DNA from: Catajapyx aquilonaris
Taxonomy: Eukaryota
Assembly: GCA_000934665.2 (NCBI GenBank)
Contig: JYFJ02001408.1
Location: 1-64,000 of the forward strand
Direction: 5' to 3'
DNA: 64,000 nt
In this document: one piece after another, positions 54,868 through 64,000 of the stretch
Layout: the number at the start of each line of letters is the position of its first letter
Numbering within the stretch: the first letter of the stretch is position 1
Program-made: the position numbers and the translations under genes
Notes under the pieces: generated by a model
What the model saw: only the letters and a program-made list of their open reading frames with translations
What the model was told of the DNA's origin: nothing
Databases searched by the model: none

Positions 54868-57800
54868 AACTCGCCGCCACCATTTTTTTTCTTCTTCCCT
54901 TCCAGGTCTCTACCCCCCTCAACCCCACAACACGCCTTCCAAACATTTGGTTGCTTTTCTGCAGGTTATTGAAATACCACAGTTTGTAAGTGGCTTAATT
55001 AGCCAAGATGGCCGAATCTAAAGATGGCGGATCTATTTGACCCCCTGGGATTATTGGGTTCGTTGCTTGATCGCTGGGGCTCGTTTTTCATGCTGTCATT
55101 TCCACGGAGCCGTGTCGCTTCTGTGACCTCTGACCCCTTCCATTCTGTGGGGATGGTTAATCGAGCGGATGCGGATCATGTGGGAGCCCAGGTGCTGGGG
55201 ATGCCCGCAATCAAGGCGGAATATAACCATGGCCATCAAGCCTCTGACCATTTCCCACCGCCCCCCTACTGTCCTCTGGACTGCTCATCATTTACCTTAC
55301 AGAGCCCCTTGTCTGGCATGGCACGTCGAAGGACTAACCCAAACCCTGCTTCTGCCTGTCCCTATTACCCCCCATTTGACCACTCTACCCCCTGCTAACC
55401 AGCTGCAACAACTAATAACCCCGTCACAGGATTTCGGATCAATACTGTTCAGTCTGTGTTCACAATAATGGCGGATTGTCAGCAAGTCATAATTTGCTTC
55501 AAGAGTATAAGGCCCAATAGCGGAGGTAGATTAGACGCCAACAGTCACGGCCATCACATTCCGTGTTCAATACTGTTGCTTCTTTTGGTTGTGGCGAGAA
55601 TAAACAATCCAGGAAAGTGAATATGCATCTAATAAAATCATGTTATGTAATGCACTCTGGCAATATATAGTCACGTATGTGATAGAGGAAACAACTTATT
55701 CACACAATGATTTAGTGTCCATATAATATACTGTACAGTATTGACGTGAGAAATTGTCGTATCCGCCTGATGCGAAGTAAGTAAATACACATGCATGTCT
55801 TTCCCCAGTTCTCATAGTAATACAATATACGTAACTGCTGATATTTGTCTCTGTGCAATACCAATATTGGACTTTTGCCAAGAAACCGGACATTTTTCCG
55901 TTATTAAGAGCTTATCCGTAATTTTGTACCTATTATAATTGTTCCGGCGCGATTAAAAATTTAGCAGCCCTAAACTAGCCAACTCATTTAGTCAATACCG
56001 CCCTGTCCACATCTTGTAAATACTTACTTTCGCCCCCACCTCTCCAAACTCGAGCCTGGTCTCACCCTATCCATAACTAGTTCCGAAAATGATACACGAC
56101 GACACGTCACGCACCAACCATGATTTCTACCCCCCCAATCGATACGCATTTCTGTCGCAACAATCCATGCTGGCAACCACGCATATTTTCCCCCCCTTCT
56201 ACATGTCTTCCGAAAAAGAAAAAAAAAACCAAACGCCCCAATGGTATAAGGAGTCAACCCTCCAGAGAGAGATCAAGCCCTTTCTTGGCCGAGGGTTCTT
56301 GGCCCATTCCTTCCCTCCCAAGAAAAAGCAACCCGAGGCAAGCCAAGGTGAGAAGCACCAGTCCGAAATGAGGTGCCGGGGGCACTTTTCGCACTGCCAG
56401 GTGTAACTAATGGGCCAAGCGGTGCCTTTGCCTCGACCGAACCGCTCCCTTTCAAGTGCCGATGGAGGGGAAAAAGAAGGGTGGGAGGGAAGGAGAGGTT
56501 GGGAACACACCGAGAGAGGTTCAGAGGGGGGGATGTACGAGCCTTCTCTCTTCTTCTTCTTCTTCTTTTTTGTGGTCTTGTTGTTTGGTAGGGGGTCACA
56601 GGTAGGGAGAAACAATTAGGTAAGAAAAATGGAAACGTGGCCGCTCGCTAACTTCCCATAACTCCGACTTGTAAAGGTCTACTTTACGTCTTAACTCGGG
56701 GTAACATCTGCTGGAAAGGAGGAAATAAAATACAGGGGTGCTTCGAACTGGTTACCTTCAAGGTGGTCCCAACCGCAGAGTTTCAACAAGGATGCACATA
56801 TTTGTGAAGACGGATTTTGAACTTTTTTGTATACAGCTCTTCAAATAACAATTCCGCAATAGTGAATCACCGGATCAGCATGCTGTAAACAATTTGACTT
56901 TAAATTATGCACTGTATCTTGACGTATCTGTTAAAACGCAGGCTCCTACGTGGCATCGAATTATAATGTTGGTGGTCCGCCCAGAATTATTCAAAGCATC
57001 AACGAAATTTCAGCAATTTACTGCATTTTTTTGTACTATCAGCGTGGATTTGGAGTAAATCGTACCAAGCGCATGCCCTGCAACTACTGTAATTGTTATG
57101 CAGCGGGAGTGACACAAGTCAATTAAGTAATAAGCCCAATCCGGTTTCCAGCAACATGGTGGAGTGGGGAGGAGAAGGAGGTGGAGTTTAAGGGGTGGGG
57201 AGGATGATTCCAAGGTTGAATTCTTCAACTGCAAAACGGATAATGTCAAATGTTGTTGGAGAGAGAAGGGTGGCTATAAAACTATACGGAATGGTTCCTT
57301 CTCTTATTATGGCGGACGACTGACATTAACCGGTTGAAATATAATCACAACCGGACCTGGAGGAAATGCGATGCGATTGGTCGCCCCTCTTTGATGGAAG
57401 GGTGAAGAGACCATTTATGACGGCCAAACCTTTTATTGAACAGCAAGAAAAGAAGAAAGCTTTGCTTTTTATACGCTACACGCTCGAGTGAAATGAGCTT
57501 ATGATTTAACGCGCATATGTTCTCCAACGGGTTGCAATAAAGGCGGGTGCAAAGGCTTAAATCAAGATCGGATCACATCCATAGGGCATGTTACGCCTAC
57601 CCTTACACCCCACCCGGCTTCTTTTATATGGAAGGGATTATAAGCCATTGCCTAACTCGCATTTTTTTCCCTTCAAAAATCGGATCAAGTAATTAGAGAG
57701 TAAATAGAGAGAGAGTACAGCTGGGCATCCTGAAATTAGTCTCACATTTTTCGCGCCTTGATTTTCTCTCGACAGATGTGGATTAGGCTAATGAGATAGC

Positions 57801-58192
57801 CTGATTGGTGTTATAATAATTCCTTTTAAAAGTTGGCCTGTCCTTCGGGGCAATTGCAAATTTCACTTACGGCTACCTTTCACGTAATTACAAGAGTGCA
57901 TGAAACACATTTTGATGCGCGGTTGATTTTTATCACCAATTTATGCATTGTAACTAAGGGGTATAATATAACGTGGTGCATTGCGGATCTTCAACGACGC
58001 GATTAACCGAAATAGGCCCGTAAAAATTTAACTGCTAATAAATCTGCGCCCTGTCCCATACACGCTCTCTTAATAATTCGAGACTCTTAATTAATTCTTT
58101 TGCCTCGTCATAAAAAGCGGCGTGCGAATAGGCCGAAATAAAATGTAATTTTTATTTCTACATCTCGTTTCTTTTTTCTTGAACTTTTACAG

Positions 58193-58557
58193 AAGGCGGA
58201 CAAGGCAACCACCTGAACCTTTTCAACAATAACCGGCAGCAGGCAAAGAAGAAGCGGAAGTCGAGGACGGCCTTCACCAACCACCAGATCTTCGAGCTGG
58301 AGAAGCGGTTCCTGTACCAGAAGTACCTGAGTCCGGCAGATCGGGACGAGATAGCCCAGCAGCTGGGCTTGACCAACGCGCAGGTCATCACCTGGTTCCA
58401 GAACCGGAGGGCAAAGTTGAAGAGGGACATGGAGGAGCTCAAGAAGGACGTGGAGTCGGCCAAGCTGCTCACGGCTCACAAGTCCTTCATGGAGAATGTG
58501 CAGGACTTGGGGTTGTTGAAGAAGAAAGCGGACGACAAAGGAGAGTCGGTGAAGTGA
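58193..58557 (+). CDS. Lbx: ladybird/Lbx homeobox transcription factor, coding exon 2 (homeodomain and C-terminus)
   Basis: Translates to GGQGNHLNLFNNNRQQAKKKRKSRTAFTNHQIFELEKRFLYQKYLSPADRDEIAQQLGLTNAQVITWFQNRRAKLKRDMEELKKDVESAKLLTAHKSFMENVQDLGLLKKKADDKGESVK*. YQKYLSPADRD and VITWFQNRRAKLKRD..ELK.DV are diagnostic of Lbx. The stop TGA is at 58555-58557. Confidence 0.97.
58252..58431 (+). other. Lbx: Homeobox (60 codons), Lbx family, Q50 with T47
   Basis: KRKSRTAFT...VITWFQNRRAKLKRDM, with R5, F8, W48, F49, Q50 and N51 all in register. Confidence 0.98.
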
Positions 58558-58583
58558 AAATGTGGCAACGCTGTGCGGGGTGT

Positions 58584-58651
58584 CTCTTAGCCAATCAGCG
58601 TGCTCCAAGAGTGCGCAGGCGTCTGTCTGCGCGATTCTGATTGGCTAAGAG
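58584..58651 (+). other. Stem-loop in the proximal Lbx 3' UTR
   Basis: Perfect 15-bp inverted repeat ctcttagccaatcag (58584-58598) / ctgattggctaagag (58637-58651), enclosing an inner stem gcgcaggc-gtct-gtctgcgc. Confidence 0.7.
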
Positions 58652-61600
58652 CGGGAGATGTTGCCACTTTCAAAAAAATATATATTTAAAAAATGGAGCA
58701 GTCCTCTTGCTGTTGCTGTGTTGGCCTCCCAAATGGCGTCCGTCGATTATACACAAACTTGGTCACAAAATTCCCCGTTGAATGATCACAAACTGATAAA
58801 ACATCTCCAACTGGAGATGTTTTATCAATTTATGCTCATACAACAGGCCCTAAACAAAATACCAGCAGATAGAAGATACTCGTAGCAAAATGGGAAGGTC
58901 TCTTCCACATTATGGAATAGAATATCAAAAGTACAGTACGACATACGCGGCTGGTATGCACAAAAAAATCAATCCGCAAAATTCCAAGTTATTCCAAATT
59001 CATGTTTAAACCATATTGTAAGTTGAAAATTTTCAAACAAATTGCTTGTGCGTACCAACCGACAGTGTCCTTCGTAGTCACTATATGGCTAGGAACAGCG
59101 TTCCGAGGTTATACTTTTAAGACAAAATACCAAGTTTCTGTTCAGTGATAAAGTTCCTATATTCAACACAGTTTCAGTTTGACTCCAATAGTGTTTATCT
59201 CTTTGTCTCTCCTGGACGAAAAAAGCAGCGAATTCTATTTATTTCCATCCCAGCAGCATAGTCTACTGATATTACTCTTTTGTGGTGACTTTCACAGTGC
59301 ATACACAGTGCTAAATAGACACACGTGAATGACACTCCCGTCATTGTGTCCAACTCTTACACATATTCACTTATGTACAAAATATCTTCATGCGTTAAAG
59401 AAAACTCATAAATTATATGTACAGACAAATGTAAAGAAACCTGCCTCCCTCATGTGTAGTGTTCCATTATATGTGTAACTGCTTATGTATGATACAAATG
59501 TGGATTATGTTCGTGTACGATTCCTTAAATGGTTCCAAGCTCAGTAAACTGACACTTTTACTGTATCCGATGACTGTTTTTTCTCATTTTCTCTTTAGTC
59601 CTCGCTGGCTTCCAGGAATATCGGGTTTTGTGCATGTATAGAAAACACTGTGAGATGGGAGGGGTTGGCTAAACAGGCCGCGCGATGGCTATAAATGCTG
59701 CATTAATTCCACAGCAACTCTGATATAATTTCCAGACCGTCCATCAGCACTCTAATATTAGACAAGTACCTAGTGACCAATAGCAGGCCGCCCTTTACGT
59801 TTTATGGCCATCACCCTCAACCCGATAAACTTAATGCATTGTGCATAAAAGCTAGCCCTCTCCAAAAGAGCCGATTGCGGGGCCATTGAAAAATGTTGGG
59901 GTAAAAAAAATTACATGATTTTTTTAAAATGCAAAGTTACTATGTAATACATATAGTTCGTAAAAAGGTTTTGCTCGGTGGCTGGGTCGGCTTTTGTTGC
60001 TGGAATTAATGAGGATCCCCGATTTTGGTTGACATTTACGAGCTCTTATACACAGGAGGAGGTTTTCGTGGCAAGGGGAAGGAAACGGGGGGACCTGCGA
60101 TCGGTAAATAATGCAAGTGGAAAGGGACAAACCGCTGAGGTGATCGAAAAGGGCTGCCTGGCATGCAACGTCGTTTTCTCTTCATTTGAAAGTATATAGA
60201 GGAAAAAAAAAGAAGTTTGTAATTGAATAGTCCCCGAGGACTGAGAAGCCATTGATCTCTGGGGGAGCAAAACTTTTTGCCTGATTTATAGTCAGTTTTT
60301 TTCTCATTCTTTTCATATGTTCCAGCGGCACAGTTCAAGGAGTCGTACCAGGTGCGGCGGATCATGTTACCAATTAGAATGCGGAGGAACGGCAGGTGAA
60401 GAAACTTCCAGAACCGAACTCTGGTAACTTGTTATAAGCAAATCAATCGCTCTCATTATAATCTGCTGCTGCTGATGCACAGGCTCTCTTTGCGGATAAC
60501 CAAAGTATAATCTCGTTACCAACTCTCAAAATAATTTTGTGGGGGAGATCAATTTGACCTGCTGTGTTAATTATATTTGGGGATAATATTTTTAAATCGG
60601 TTATTTTTGAGGCTAAAATACAGTTGAAAAGATTATCGGTTCAGGCCCAATTATGCCACTTCCATAATATTTGTTTTCTTTCAAGCCTATTAAAATTAAT
60701 GGAGTAGGAAAATTAATTCTATGTCTATTGTTCACAACAATGTATTTTTATTCTCCAATTCCAAAAACAATGCTAGAAAATACTAAGATTTTGGTGTATT
60801 TTAGATAATGTTCCTCATGACTATTTTCTTTACACATTTTACACAGTTATTTATGGCTAATTAATTGTTCTACAATCTAGTCCTGCAAATTGGTTGACTA
60901 TTTTTTTTTAGAAATTCAAAAAAGCAATGTATCCACAATGAAACACCTCTAAAAACTAATTAGGAGCCAAGTTGGAAAACACTACAGCGTTTCCATTGTT
61001 ATCATATCTGGAGCCCATTTTGTGTTAGGGCTTTTCGCACCCTCTTTGTCTAACCCCCCGCCCACGCTTTTGACATGAAAATTTCTCCATCACTTCCAGT
61101 CTCTCCCTCCCCCCCTCACTCTTTCAGTCCGTTCCGCCAGGTGGACACGAGCTGTGTACAACGGAGATGAAAAGTGTGGCCCCCTCCACCCCCCTTCTCT
61201 TCCCGTTCCAAAAAATCCGAGATCAATAAACCTAGGACAGGTCAAAAAGTGAGAACCTTGTTATTACGCCTTCATCTTCCCACACCCAACACGCCTTATG
61301 TGGTCTCCCGTTTTTGCCTTTTTTTCTTCTTTCTCTCCCCTCCAACTCTCCGCCCCCCCCCCCCTGCCCACCTCAAATTCTCCATAAAGAGGAAATGGAG
61401 GCGTCAAAGCTCTTTTACCGACCTGACATCTTTTCTCTCCTTCCGAAGTCATTACAGTCCGGAGAGAGGGCACCGTTGCCCCCTGAACAAATTGACCCCA
61501 CCTCTTTGGTATAGCAGTGGGGGAGTTGCCCCAGAAAAAAAATTGAGAGGAACCCACCTTTTACCTGTCACACTCTCCTGTAAATCGCCCTTCTAATTGG

Positions 61601-64000
61601 TCACTCGGCCAGCCTGGGGGTCATCCATCACTTGTATGCTGGAAATAGGGGGGGTGAGTCTGTCTGTACCGATTTTTGGGGACCTTTTCACCATCGATGG
61701 GGGGGCTTGGAGCAGGAAAAAGGGCAACGAAAATTGGTGTGGGGGAGAGGAAGAAGGACCATGCTGCGAGACAAGTTGGGCAAAAGAATAAAAGGAGTGC
61801 AGCACCACCAAACAGCAGCTGTTCCCACCAACGTCAACCCAAATTACACTCATTTGTTTTTCACCTACTGCCACACATTTCTAGGGGGGCGTTGGTACTT
61901 TGCTTGTACACACCTGGTACATTGTCACTTTTTTGTTGTTAACAGGCATGAATGTTTTAATATGCACGGTGCGATTGATGGCAAAGAGTAATGATATCTG
62001 ACAGGTTGCCCATCATATTACGTAACCCTATTGTGTCACTAAAGTGTGACATCCCCTTTCTTATATAACCTCCATCTAGAAGAATTACACCACAACTTCT
62101 CGTTTTGACAGCCCGCCAAAACACAAGTCTCTCACTCGAACAAGACAACAACGACAACAAAAAGAGAATCTGAAACCAGCAGGACTCGTATGATTTGTGA
62201 CACGAGCAAGATTAGCAGCAGTTTCCAGCGCCAGAGAACAAGTCTCCGGAAATGCTGGATTGATTGCCCGATTAGTCGTTACAAGTGTCCCCCGCACATC
62301 AGAAGCGATTATATGGCTGAAGATACATGGCGAGTGCCGGTTGGAACAGTTCCATCTACATCCGGCACATCGAGAAAATACCCCCCCTCTTCTCCTTTCT
62401 CAAGAAGAAGAAAAAAAGAAAGAGGTAAAAGTCAGCAAGCTTGGCGTCTTTGACAGAGCGCCAACAGCAATTTATCTTCCAGGACGACCGAAACTATTAG
62501 GGTGGAGTTTATTATGCTCGTCCGGAATGAGATCCGGAGACCAGAGCCAGAGAAAACCCAAGCTATTAGGAAAGTAAACACAACCCTCCTTGATTTTTTT
62601 TTAAATCTATCCAATGGTATGCAAATGAGGAACGTTTCATAGATTTCTGCTCCGGAGTTCCAGCCAATTTGTCTGTTTCGGACAGCTTTTTTTGAAGCTG
62701 GAGGCCTGCCTATTAAAAGTAACGAGTTGTCTCTTTTGTGAGGTCCCCCATCACCAAAAACCAGGGCTCTTAGGCGGCCCGACCATTTAGGCAACCAGGT
62801 GCTAATGGACCCAGGTAAGGAGTTGGGGGCCGACGTGCTTCCCACCGACTTTATGGCTCTCTTTCGGCCCATTTGAAGTCACAACTCCCCCTCTCTCTCT
62901 CTCTAAAAATAAAAATAAAATAAAAATATACATACCCTCCACCCATCAGCTTTTTTGGGGGGGTGTAATGCAACTATCTCTATAGTCAGAGGAAGAAATA
63001 TTCTTCAGGTGTCAAAATGATACGTTGCGTTAATGAAACGCGGTTACTGCTTCGAAGAAATTATTTTTTTAGTGATGCCTACTTATATGCCCGTTTATGA
63101 GACTGGTTGCCTTATAGTGCTGGAAATGAAACGGCGGTGACTTAATCGGCCACTTATTCACACCTTAATTGCCAGCGTGTATTAGCCATGATTTCTGAGT
63201 CTGAGTTAAAAAAGAAACGTTGTAAATGTGGCCCGGGCTGTAATAAGCTATAATAATGTGTACATGGTTGCTCTGCCCTATACCTTGTACTCCCAACAAT
63301 CAGTTTAAGTGAAGAAAAAAAAATCGAATAAATTTGAGCAACACCCTGTATTTCTCTCTGCTTCATTTTTTTCCAGGTTCAACATGCCAATACTCATCAC
63401 CAGAGTCAAAGACAAGTCCGAAACCCTGTGGTTATGATGGATAAAAAATGACCGTACATCAGTTTAGCATAGCTGCTCATTACGCCCGTCCGATGGGTGG
63501 AAAATGACACGCTATTATAACAGGCTGGACAAGACAGGTGGCGTCCGGCTAAGGTCTTTTGCACCGGCAAAGAAGTGAGAAAAGTGATGCCATGCAAGGT
63601 TTTCTCTATAAGGTATGACTGCTGCGGTGGTGACAAATGGATCCAGTTCCAGTGAACTCACGTCGCACTTTTTTTTGGCAAATCTTTTCCAATTTGGCCA
63701 AGATGAGATGTAAAATGTGGAATCAAGTGGCGTGGCCTCAATTTTTTTTCGTGTGAATAAAATCCATGGCGGCAGAGCTCATTGAACGCCGAGTTACGCA
63801 AGATTTATGAGATTGGGCTTAAAGAGTGGGGAAAAAATTATTCTTCGGTTTCTAGACGAAGTCGTTTTTGTCACAGATTGTTCCATTATGACGTGATTAT
63901 TATTAAGCCCAAACTAGGAGCGAGAAAAAAAGGTTTGATGAAGTAATAAATTTCAGGTGCACGATATTGCTTTAATTGCTAAAAGCTAGTGGCAAATTTT

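Larger units (their letters stand above)
29438..58192 (+). other. Lbx: Lbx intron, 28,755 bp, phase 1, GT-AG
   Basis: Donor GTAAGC at 29438. A pyrimidine tract tttcttttttcttgaacttttacAG ends at 58192. Joining gives ...AEGT-E-GGQGNHLNLFNNNRQQAKKKRKSRTAF with no frameshift. Confidence 0.88.

Noticed and set aside
29438..58192. Recursive splice (ratchet) sites in the long intron
   Set aside because: AG|GT sites with good pyrimidine tracts (e.g. near 51099, 54905, 54964) lack a GTRAG donor, and AG|GTAAGA near 56619 lacks a pyrimidine tract.
58108..58608. 166-aa and 104-aa minus-strand ORFs over the homeobox exon
   Set aside because: Antisense shadow ORFs expected from GC3-rich coding sequence; no recognisable protein.
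58558..61230. Lbx polyadenylation signal
   Set aside because: The first canonical AATAAA I found is at 61225 (ATTAAA at 60689); the 3' end cannot be assigned from sequence alone.
5189..63729. Scattered Tinman/NK-type TCAAGTG sites
   Set aside because: About a dozen seen in 64 kb, unclustered and not clearly above chance for a 7-mer on two strands.

Overview
This is eukaryotic (most likely arthropod) genomic DNA holding one recognisable gene, a ladybird/Lbx NK-class homeobox gene on the + strand. It has two coding exons (28777-29437 and 58193-58557) separated by a 28,755-bp phase-1 GT-AG intron, giving a 341-aa protein. Exon 1 carries an eh1 motif (FSILDIL), an IVRPWD motif and the Lbx-type SPLDALFQMTNKTF motif. 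Exon 2 carries the Lbx homeodomain. The rest looks non-coding, and the other ORF-track entries appear to be chance or shadow ORFs. The most striking non-coding structure is a three-layer nest at 17.7-19.3 kb: a foldback element is split by a truncated pogo/Tc1-like element, which itself contains a 292-bp zero-spacer palindrome. Also present are several smaller hairpins, a stem-loop just after the stop codon, two copies of a retroelement-like 3' tail, a Helitron-like end and microsatellites. A 400-bp duplication around a single N is probably an assembly artefact. I cannot support a new biological system here; the findings are mainly structural and regulatory leads.
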